Source: an uncultured Bacteroidales bacterium
GTDB lineage: Bacteria; Bacteroidota; Bacteroidia; Bacteroidales; UBA932
DNA: 64,000 bases
Assembly: GCA_900319485.1 (NCBI GenBank)
Contig: ONOQ01000003.1
Location: 1,223-65,222 of the forward strand
Direction of reading: 5' to 3'
Shown here piece after piece: positions 36,126 to 44,500 of the stretch (positions are counted from its first letter, which is position 1; every line of letters begins with the position of its first letter). The position numbers and the translations under genes are program-made. The notes beneath the pieces were generated by a model. The model was not told the origin of the DNA. It worked only from the letters and a program-made list of their open reading frames with translations, and did not search any database.

Positions 36126-37454
36126 ATGAAGAGACGTCTTTTAATATCTTTTTCGCTTTCTCAGGACATTCTGCTGTCACTGATTGCATCCCTGGTTTCC
36201 ATCCTCATAATCAGATGGACTTCTGATCCTATACCCGGATTTACTATCTTGGTTTTCAAGTGGTTAGTTGCTGCAGCTGTGGGCACTGTTCCCGGAGTCC
36301 TCATTTCCAAGTGTAGCCTGGATGTGAAAAAATATGCAACCGTTAGGTCCATTGCCAGGGTCATGACGGCCATACTAATCAAGGAAGCCGTGATGATGGT
36401 GGCACTGGTAGTTAGGCTGGTGGTTCTTCCGCAGATGCTTCAGTACGTGCTCATCCTGCTCCTGGACTTCATCCTCACAGGTGGCGCCCTTTCATATTTG
36501 AGGGTGGCTTCAAGGCTCCTGTCCGGTCATGGCCCCAACCCCTCGCAGATGGCGTCGCGCAAAACTGCGCTTGTGGCCGGAACTGACGATGCTTCGCTGA
36601 ATCTGGCCTCGGAACTGGAAAAGGAGGGCTATGACGTTATCGGCCTGCTTACAAGGAGGCCGGAGATGAACGGCCGCGTGATAATGGATTATGTGGTGTA
36701 TGCCTGCAAAACGGATGAGGATCTTGAGAATCTTCAGTGGCGGTTTGGCGGCGTTGATGGAGTTTTCTTTCCCCGTACCGTAATGGAGAGAAATGACTCC
36801 GCTTCAGATTCTGGTGATAAAAAGGAAGAAAGTGACGGTGTTCAGCAGCGGGACAGGATGTCCCTTCTGGGTCATATGGTCAAACGAGGCTTCGATATCG
36901 GCCTGTCAAGTCTTTTGCTGCTTGTTTTCTCCCCGGTAATAGCAGTTTGCGCCTATTTCATAAAACGGGAAGACGGCGGCCCGGTGCTTTTTGTGCAGGA
37001 ACGTATCGGCCGTGGCGGCAAGCCGTTCAATATCTATAAGTTCCGTTCAATGCGCACGGACGCCGAGGCTTCGGGTACTCCTGCACTTTATTCCGGAGAA
37101 GAGGATCCCCGCCTCACGCGGGTTGGAAGTTTTCTGAGAGCGCATCATCTTGACGAACTTCCCCAGCTTTGGAATGTTCTGAAGGGGGATATGTCGTTCA
37201 TAGGATACAGGCCGGAGAGGCAGTTTTATATCAACCAGATAAAGCACTATAATCCCAGGTATGACTACCTGTTCCAGATTCGCCCCGGTGTTACCAGTTA
37301 CGCCACATTGTACAACGGCTACACGGACACTATGGACAAAATGCTCACCAGGCTGGACCTGGATTTGTACTATCTTAGGAACCATACCGTCTGGTTTGAC
37401 ATTAAGGTACTTGGGCTCACTTTCCTGAGCATCGTAACGGGCAAGAAGTTTTAA
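36126..37454 (+). CDS. Initiating polyprenyl-phosphate sugar-1-phosphate transferase (WbaP/CpsE-like 'bacterial sugar transferase')
   Basis: The C-terminal domain reads KRGFDIGLSSLLLLVFSPV...YKFRSMRTDAE...PQLWNVLKGDMSFIGYRP, and the N-terminus has TM helices. The start is set at MKRRLL (36126). The track's GTG at 36045 lies in promoter-like sequence. Confidence 0.9.
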   Translation: MKRRLLISFSLSQDILLSLIASLVSILIIRWTSDPIPGFTILVFKWLVAAAVGTVPGVLISKCSLDVKKYATVRSIARVMTAILIKEAVMMVALVVRLVVLPQMLQYVLILLLDFILTGGALSYLRVASRLLSGHGPNPSQMASRKTALVAGTDDASLNLASELEKEGYDVIGLLTRRPEMNGRVIMDYVVYACKTDEDLENLQWRFGGVDGVFFPRTVMERNDSASDSGDKKEESDGVQQRDRMSLLGHMVKRGFDIGLSSLLLLVFSPVIAVCAYFIKREDGGPVLFVQERIGRGGKPFNIYKFRSMRTDAEASGTPALYSGEEDPRLTRVGSFLRAHHLDELPQLWNVLKGDMSFIGYRPERQFYINQIKHYNPRYDYLFQIRPGVTSYATLYNGYTDTMDKMLTRLDLDLYYLRNHTVWFDIKVLGLTFLSIVTGKKF

Positions 37455-37463
37455 CGGGAGCCA

Positions 37464-37970
37464 ATGGCGGAACAGAAAGCATATTGGTTTGTGGCAAAGA
37501 CGCATCACGGAGCGGAGCTGGGAGTAAGGAACCGGCTCACGCAACTTGGCGTGGAGAATTTTGTCCCAACCAGGGAAAGACGTTCCACCCGCGGCAACAG
37601 AGTGGTTGAAGAGCCTCTTCTTACCAGCTTCGTATTTCTGCGCGCAACTAAACTTGAAGCACTGAATCTTGTCCATTCATGCGGAGTAAAAGCTGTTCTT
37701 GTGAACGACTGCGCTACGAATCAGCTAATGTTTGTGGCCGATAAATGCATGGAAGATTTCCGCCGTGTACTGGAAGCGTCCATTGAAGAAGGCGGTCTCA
37801 TGGATAAGCCACTTACCGTAGGAGAGAAGGTGCGTGTAACCAAGGGCGTACTCAAAGGCGTGGAAGGATACGTCCTAGAACTGCAGGGTAGAATCTACGT
37901 TGTGGTGGGGCTTCTGAATTGCCTCTTTGCCCGGGCAAGAGTCCCCAGGGCCTGGCTGGAGAAAATCTAG
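37464..37970 (+). CDS. UpxY-family (NusG-like) transcription antiterminator
   Basis: 168 aa. The NGN-like N-terminus reads AYWFVAKTHHGAELGVRNRL..VENFVP, and the KOW motif reads GEKVRVTKGVLKGVEGYV. Confidence 0.85.
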   Translation: MAEQKAYWFVAKTHHGAELGVRNRLTQLGVENFVPTRERRSTRGNRVVEEPLLTSFVFLRATKLEALNLVHSCGVKAVLVNDCATNQLMFVADKCMEDFRRVLEASIEEGGLMDKPLTVGEKVRVTKGVLKGVEGYVLELQGRIYVVVGLLNCLFARARVPRAWLEKI

Positions 37971-37995
37971 CGCTGTTTCAAAATCTAAATAACAT

Positions 37996-39303
37996 CTAAG
38001 CCCTTGAATTGGCTAAATGACGCTCAATTCTAGCCCTTAAATTTGGTTCCAGCGTGTTCAGAAAGGCTAATCCCTTTTGTGTAAGGAGATACTTCTGGCG
38101 TGGGTGACGAGGTGAATTAGGATACAATAACGAAACCATTCCGCTATCCACTGCAGGTGTAAGGTACAGTTTAAGGAAGTTATCCCGTCCTTTAAGATGG
38201 AGGCGCTCCATTATATCTTTTACGGACAAAAATTCCTCCCCAATTGCTACTGTAATGAAAAGAAGGTTGGGATTATCCAAGTTGTTCTCTTCCTGATGGG
38301 GCTGAATTTCTTCTTTTTCCTCCGGTTCTTCAATAATATCTACAAATTCAGGTAGGAAATTTGGCGAAATTGCAATTTCTGGCTGTTTTGTTTCTATTAT
38401 TGCATCCGCTTCACTTGATTTTTTCTCGTCCTTATCTTCAACTTTTCTTTCCTCTTTCTTTACCTGAACTTGTCCTGTACTTGTATTATTGTTAACCTTT
38501 GTTTGAGTGCTCCACTCTGCAGCCGGACGGACGTGAACGAATCTGTTCCTAAGATCCCATTGTTCAGATAGCAGCAGGTTCCTGAAAAAGCGCTCCAAAT
38601 ATATGGGTTCATAGCCTATATTCTTCTCAATATTCCTATAATTTGCCCTTACAAGTGCGTTGTGGAAGTACCACGAATCATTTTCAAAAGTATTAATTTT
38701 GTAACTAATGCCTAAATGACGTAGGTATAGAAGGGTGAAAACAGCCGTGAATCTAGTATTTCCTTGTTCAAATGGACATATATGCCAGAGCTTTGCTATG
38801 AATGCAGCAATGTGCGATATTAGAGTATCTGTTGAAGAAGAATTGTATCTAAATCCTTTCTCTTCTTCAAGGCATTCTTCCAGAGCATCCTGCAGTGATT
38901 CCGGGTTAGTGAAGCTGACTATATCACCGCCAAGTACCCATTCTCTTTTTGAAACATCTATTTCCCTTTGCTCTCCGGCGTTTTCAAATACTCCGTGAAA
39001 AATGTTTCTATGTAGTGTTGCAAGCCCAACTGCGCTAAAATCAAATGTTTCTGAGAGTAAAATCCTTACTGTGTTTATTGCTACTTTATCGGCCTCCTCC
39101 TTTTCAGGATCTCCAATATCGTTTGCATTCCTTTCAAAATAGTAACTTGTTACCTGCTCCTCTACTTCATTGAGGTCTATCTTGCCACTTATGTTCTTCT
39201 TGGAGAGCTGCCAAAGATATTCCGATGTCCTTAATCCATCGGCGGCTTGTATTCCTATTGCTGTCTGCCAGGCTGTCTCTATTTTGTTTACCGTTTTAGT
39301 CAT
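37996..39303 (-). CDS. Fic/Fido-fold protein with degenerate active-site motif, acidic linker and C-terminal winged-helix-like domain
   Basis: 435 aa. The core LWHICPFEQGNTRFTAVF compares with canonical HxFx(D/E)GNGRxxR. The linker is Glu/Lys-rich (KKEERKVEDKDEKK...EEPEEKEE). The C-terminus ..SPRHPRQKYLLTQKG.. resembles wHTH tails of Fic and RecG-like regulators. The gene is AT-rich. Confidence 0.75.
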   Translation of the reverse strand: MTKTVNKIETAWQTAIGIQAADGLRTSEYLWQLSKKNISGKIDLNEVEEQVTSYYFERNANDIGDPEKEEADKVAINTVRILLSETFDFSAVGLATLHRNIFHGVFENAGEQREIDVSKREWVLGGDIVSFTNPESLQDALEECLEEEKGFRYNSSSTDTLISHIAAFIAKLWHICPFEQGNTRFTAVFTLLYLRHLGISYKINTFENDSWYFHNALVRANYRNIEKNIGYEPIYLERFFRNLLLSEQWDLRNRFVHVRPAAEWSTQTKVNNNTSTGQVQVKKEERKVEDKDEKKSSEADAIIETKQPEIAISPNFLPEFVDIIEEPEEKEEIQPHQEENNLDNPNLLFITVAIGEEFLSVKDIMERLHLKGRDNFLKLYLTPAVDSGMVSLLYPNSPRHPRQKYLLTQKGLAFLNTLEPNLRARIERHLANSRA

Positions 39304-39353
39304 TTTCCTAATCAGAGGTAATTTCCTGATACGAAGATAATAATATTTTTCAG

Positions 39354-39361
39354 TAAATTTG
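39354..39361 (+). promoter_or_regulatory. -7 promoter box (TAAATTTG)
   Basis: Exact TAnnTTTG, 6 nt upstream of the ATG at 39368. Confidence 0.45.
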
Positions 39362-39367
39362 CATATT

Positions 39368-40321
39368 ATGAATTTAAGAGAACTCGTTTTAGCCTTTGTT
39401 GCGGTGCTGTCTGTGGCCTGTGGGACAAAGAAAGTTCAGGCTCCGGTGAGCCAGACCCGTGCGTTTCCAGCCGCTGAAGTGCCCATGATGATAACCGAGC
39501 CCTCAGAGCGCATTGCGTGGCTGGGGGAGCATTTCTGGGACCGCTATACCGCTACGGACCACCTCTATTACTCCGATTCCGTCACCGTGAACGGAGTGTC
39601 GCTTGACGATCTTGAGAAGCAGGTGGGCATCTTCGCCACCTTGATCCAGCAAGGTGCTCCGGAGGACGGAGAAAAGGCAATGACGGCTCTCTACACCCGT
39701 ATGGAGGCATTCCAAACGGCATTTATGGGGGCCAATCTCCTGCCGCAACTCACCGGCCTCATCACCCGGTACTTCTATGACCCCAACTCGCCGTTAAGGA
39801 GTGAGGAACTGTACCTGCCTTTTGCAAAGGCCATGGCCGATTGCCCCCTCATCGAGTCCCTGGACCGTCAGCGCTATGCCCGCGAGGCCAGGCTGTGCGC
39901 CCTGAATCGGCCCGGAACGCGCGCGGCAGACTTCCGTTTCATTGACTCGGCCGGTCGCTCCCGAACGCTGTACGGGATCAAGGCCGATCTTCTGCTTCTG
40001 GTTTTCGGAAACCCAGACTGCCACGCCTGCAAGGAGTTGCAGGCTGCCCTGGAGGCCTCTGAAGACCTTTCTGCGACTATTGCCTCCGGGGAACTGAAGG
40101 TGGTGGATATCTATATAGACGAGGACATCGACGCCTGGAAGGAGCACATCCCCCAGTACCCCGCCTCCTGGATCAACGGCTATGATCCGGACTTCGTGAT
40201 CCGCACGGACCTTGTGTACGACGTCCGCGCCGTGCCCTCGCTTTATCTACTCTCGGCCGATAAAACCGTCCTCCTCAAGGACGCCACCCCGGAGCAGTTC
40301 TTTGCCGCCATGGGGATGTAG
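39368..40321 (+). CDS. DUF5106-like / thioredoxin-fold (TlpA-like) lipoprotein
   Basis: Lipobox LSVAC, with a C-terminal thioredoxin-like LLLVFGNPDCHACKELQ (CxxC). The start is set at ATG 39368 (MNLREL). The track uses TTG at 39359. Confidence 0.75.
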   Translation: MNLRELVLAFVAVLSVACGTKKVQAPVSQTRAFPAAEVPMMITEPSERIAWLGEHFWDRYTATDHLYYSDSVTVNGVSLDDLEKQVGIFATLIQQGAPEDGEKAMTALYTRMEAFQTAFMGANLLPQLTGLITRYFYDPNSPLRSEELYLPFAKAMADCPLIESLDRQRYAREARLCALNRPGTRAADFRFIDSAGRSRTLYGIKADLLLLVFGNPDCHACKELQAALEASEDLSATIASGELKVVDIYIDEDIDAWKEHIPQYPASWINGYDPDFVIRTDLVYDVRAVPSLYLLSADKTVLLKDATPEQFFAAMGM

Positions 40322-40363
40322 GGGATAGTGCTTTGCGCTGCTCCTGTTCCGTCCCTTGGCCTG

Positions 40364-40500
40364 GCCGTGTTGACAGTTAAAACACGTATAAGGCCGATTT
40401 CACTGCCCACACGGCAAGGAAATCGGCCTTTTCCCGTCAAAACGCTGCCGTGTCGGTCCCCAAAACACCGTTATACGCGTTCTGCGTGTCGACACGGCAA
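40364..40500. repeat. 137-bp structured repeat, copy A
   Basis: It begins GCCGTGTTGAC and ends GTCGACACGGCAA, forming terminal inverted repeats. It contains the perfect 12-bp hairpin AAGGCCGATTTC...GAAATCGGCCTT. By hand alignment there are about 11 mismatches in 137 nt versus copy B. Confidence 0.9.
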
Positions 40501-40536
40501 TTGTATTATCTACTTGTTTTAGTAATATTTAATTAT

Positions 40537-40544
40537 TACATTTG
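40537..40544 (+). promoter_or_regulatory. -7 promoter box (TACATTTG) for the HTH gene
   Basis: Exact TAnnTTTG, 16 nt before the ATG at 40561 and in AT-rich sequence. Confidence 0.5.
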
Positions 40545-40560
40545 CAAAAAAATAGATATT

Positions 40561-41250
40561 ATGAATCAGATATACTTTGAAGCAAGGGGAGAAGAACTGC
40601 TAGGGAGAATAGGAATGACCAAGAGCGAGTTTGCACGTAGAATGGGAATAAGGAAACAGAATGTGAAGGCTCTGTTCAAATCCAAAAACCTGGATACTAT
40701 CTACAAGGCAGCAGGGGTACTGGGCGTACCATTTGAGATGTTAATAGGATATGTGGTAGAGCCGGATTTGATTAAGCACCCGCTTGAACAGTTTGAGGAA
40801 AGGGAAATAATCTCAGAGGATGATATTCCAAGGGGGAATACTCCAGAAGAGAGGCGTAACCGTCACGATATCATCTTCAATTTTTACCAAGACTGGAAGC
40901 GCCATAATCCTGATCAAAAGAAATACAATATTTGCCTGAAAGAGGACATTAATATCAGGTCTGTTTCCATTGATGAGACCGCGGCGCAGGCATCAATCTC
41001 TTACCTATCTACGCTAGCAGTCCTTCAGTTGGATGCAGTATTGACCAATGCGTGGCTGTTAAAAAGTGTTCCTTCAAAAGCAGATAGTAAGAATCAACGT
41101 CGCTTCGAAAGTATGTTGATAATGGAATATGTTTGCCAGGGAGTCGGTCGAGTTAAAATGACTGTTGGGGTCAAGCGCAGTGACAAATCAAAGGTTCAGT
41201 ATTGCATCACGGCAATAGACACAGACAAAATAAAACAGGAGGCTGAATGA
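40561..41250 (+). CDS. XRE-family HTH protein fused to an uncharacterised ~150-aa C-terminal domain
   Basis: The start is set at MNQIYFEARGEELLGRIGMTKSEFARRMGIRKQNVKALF, a Cro/C1-type HTH. The track ORF from 40450 runs through repeat A and the promoter. The gene is AT-rich relative to its flanks. Confidence 0.8.
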   Translation: MNQIYFEARGEELLGRIGMTKSEFARRMGIRKQNVKALFKSKNLDTIYKAAGVLGVPFEMLIGYVVEPDLIKHPLEQFEEREIISEDDIPRGNTPEERRNRHDIIFNFYQDWKRHNPDQKKYNICLKEDINIRSVSIDETAAQASISYLSTLAVLQLDAVLTNAWLLKSVPSKADSKNQRRFESMLIMEYVCQGVGRVKMTVGVKRSDKSKVQYCITAIDTDKIKQEAE

Positions 41251-41407
41251 CCTCCTGTTATCTTTGCCCCAAGACTACGTGGCGGAATTACTTCTTGAGC
41301 GAGGGCCTCGCGGGCGGGGACTTTTGCGCGACTCGATTACCCATCCGTAACACGTTTTATTATCTCGCTGCAAAGATAGCAATTATTCCTTGAATCTCAA
41401 AGGGATT

Positions 41408-41544
41408 GCCGTGTTGACGGTTAGAATGCGTATAAGGCCGATTTCACTGCCCACACGGCAAGGAAATCGGCCCTTTTCCGTCAAAACGCTGCCGTGTGGG
41501 TCCCCAAAACCCCGCTGTACGCGTTCTGGGTGTCGACACGGCAA
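41408..41544. repeat. 137-bp structured repeat, copy B
   Basis: It has the same orientation and length as copy A. It starts 13 nt beyond the stop (41557) of the convergent pilus operon 2. Confidence 0.9.
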
Positions 41545-41556
41545 AGAGGACGCAGT

Positions 41557-44500
41557 CTACAAATCCCTGACGCAGCGGGGCTTTTTAAACTTCTGGCCCA
41601 GAGCCATAAGAAGGTGCCTGGAACTCATTCCCCAGCCATAATAGGTTGGCGCTTTTTGGGAACCTAATGCGCCAAAAGACCAGTAGGTACGGCTGAAGGT
41701 GCCGTCAGAGTCGCTGGAATTGCCCAGATATACCGAATCTCCAGTTGTCAATGCCGAAAGGACCGTCCACATCAAAGATACTTCCCTGGCATTCGGCAGA
41801 CGGTACCCTTCAGGGCAGATTCTGAATTCGCTATCCAGATCAGGGAAGCAGGCATTGAGGTAACTGTTGATGCCGCTGAACGTTTTCAAATCATAAGTGG
41901 TACCATTGAATATGCGCGTATCCACGGTTTTCAGGTCTATTACCGGTGCCGTTCCGAATTTACTGGACAGGCAGGCCATCTTGCTATGTTCGTCGTGACC
42001 TACGAGTTCGTGGTCCACTGGTTCGCGAAGTGATGTCAGATTGATGTGAGAACAGTCGAATTCAAAGAAGGTCCGGTCGTCGTAGGCTCCGGTATAGGGG
42101 CTGGTTACCGTCCCATCTTCATTCCGGTGCTTGCGTGTCAAGAGCACGTAGGGGTCCGTCTCGACAGTGGGCTCGGACAGGGTAATGTCTTTCCGCTGTC
42201 CTCCATCCAGATAATAACCAAGATTACGGACGCAGCGTGTGCTGAACTTGGAGGTCTGATCGGACCCAGTGTAATCCATATTACTGCCGTTTACTCCCTC
42301 TTCTGCCCAGACAATACGGGGATACTTGTTGCTATTGTTCCAGTCGGCCTTCTCTTGAGGAGTGTAAATATAGCGGTTACTGGCTATAATGTGCTGACGC
42401 CATTTATCCTTATTGGACTCGGCTTGATCTGACGCATTACGCTGATAAAGCCTGGCGTCACCCTCAATCCCATAGGACCCCAGAAACACGCCAATCAGTT
42501 GGACGTCGGATGCCATATACCACCGTATCTCTTCCGGATCTATAAAACCATCTCCATCGTTGTCCCTGTTTCGGGACAGGCAACTGTAGCGGAGGTAGTC
42601 ATAATCAGAAAGCAGGTGCGGCGTTTCATTGGTTCCGGTGAGATCGAGATAATCGTCCCAGCGGGGCAGGGATCCCGGCTTTTCCGTTCCGTCCGGATTC
42701 AGGATGCCCCAGAGTTTCAGGGAGTTGATTCTTCCGTTGGTCGCACTGGTATTGCCGCAATCTTCAAGATTCTTATTCTTCCAATAATAGGAAGCCCCGG
42801 TCTCATTATCGTCGTCCGTAAACTCCATTCCCCAGGCGGACTGGAGGGTGGCAACCTCGTGAACGGCATAGATGCTCTGGATGGAACGCTGCTGAAGGGT
42901 AAATGATGCACCGATCATATTGCTTTCCCCGTCAGGAGATTTGGCCGATGATGCCAGAATGTGCATACGCCGCATCGGGTGGTTCACCACCAGTTTCCAT
43001 AGCGTTGGATCATATCCGCCCTTAATGGGGTGTTCCTCGTAGTAATACTCGTTGACAAAGGCTGTGACCGAAATCTTAGGGTCGGTATCGTTGTCAAAAT
43101 CGCTCTTGGGGAGGGACGGATCGGCCAGATGGAGGTCGTACTGGCTCTTCTGGTGCTTGATGTACTCCACAAGTTCGTTGACGTACATTGTATGGCCTTT
43201 GGTACCGGGGGCTATTCCAAGTTCGTCATATTTCTCCCAATCGTGAGGTTCGTAGAGAACACGATTGGGAGAGTACTTCCCGTCTCCTCCAAGGGAATTT
43301 ACGTGGAACTCAACCCATTTGTAGTCTATGTCGCTGAGTTCAAGACCATCGTTCGGGCCGGCGCCTTCAGGGTTGAAAGGCGTCTCCACGTACCAACTGA
43401 TCTGGCTGGGGTCTATAAGGTTGGCGTGGAAGGAAATCACCTGGGTGCTGTAGTGGCAGTCACTGTCGAATACCTCCTCTTCAGCCACGACGACGCGTCC
43501 CGTTGCGCCCGGCTCATTCTCTGTGCCAGTTTCAACTTCTGTCTTGATATCGTCAGACCCATTAATGTAAATCTTATAGGTGTAGTTGTGGTTGCGGAGT
43601 ATGTTGAAGTCGGCATTGTCACTGGCGAAATTGCCCAGATGGATCTTGTACTTCACATTGGCATCCAGAGTGGCATTGGCATTGGAACCGGATGTGACGC
43701 CCATTACTATTTTCCCGGTCATCACTATGTATGTAGAATACTCACTAGCATACCGCCAGCCCTGGTTGAGTCCTGTCCCATCCTTTATCTCCAGTTCCCT
43801 GTGGGAATAGTTAAAAGGAGAGGGGAGGGGATCTCCAGAACGGCCATAGGGTGCTTTGCGGTTCTCCATCATATAGAAAGCAAATCCGTAGCAGGAGGCC
43901 TTGGTGACACCATCGTGATAAAAAACGAAGTTGGAAGGATTTTCAGGGTCCTTTGCCAGTTCTTCTGTCTCAAATCCAAGTTCCGGAGTAGAAAAGAACT
44001 GGCTGGCATCTGTGGCTGCATCAACGTATGGGGTTGAGGTCCGTTCCATCAAGTACGAGCAAGTGGGGACGTTTACTACATACCATTTGTCCGGAACAAA
44101 CTTGCGTATGCCAGCGGCCGCCCCAGCTGTTCCTACCTGTACTTTGAATGAAACTTTTGCATAGAGCCGCTTAAGGTGAAGTGTGTTTTGGCTGATGTCA
44201 TTTGGATCCGACGTATTGCCCAGAATATCTACTCCGGTAAGTTGCCCCGTCATAAGGAAATACCCGGAATTGGCGGCTATCTCACTTCTGACCTGTGTGG
44301 CAACAACGCTATTGAGTTCTCCATAAGTCTTTATGGTGGAGAGGATACCGGGAGAAACGTCAAGGTCGTCAGGGTTCATATTTGCTACGGCAACTACGGT
44401 ACATCCACCCTTCTTTGATGTCCTGATATGCAGGGTGCCGGTAGTTGTTGTGGTTTCAGGATTGTCAGACGAGGTCAAATTGTTAACTGTCCACCAGTTA

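Noticed and set aside
40328-40522. ORFs 40328..40522+ and 41390..41641+ with near-identical peptides (..TVKTRIRPISLPTRQGNRPF.VKTLPC..), and the N-terminal extension 40450-40560 of the HTH ORF
   Set aside because: The similarity reflects the 137-bp DNA repeat, which is dominated by inverted repeats. There is no promoter or start context, and the HTH gene has its own -7 box at 40537 downstream of the repeat.
37996-41550. Mobile genetic element (integrative island or transposon) carrying the Fic and HTH genes
   Set aside because: The composition is patchy and repeats are present. No integrase, transposase, relaxase or terminal att duplication could be identified, so only the repeat-bracketed cassette is reported as an observation.
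41557-41865. Diversity-generating retroelement targeting the lectin-like pilus-tip C-termini
   Set aside because: No reverse transcriptase ORF was seen. No second (template) copy of either 3' end was visible, and the two C-terminal coding regions are not similar at nucleotide level. The whole genome still needs checking.
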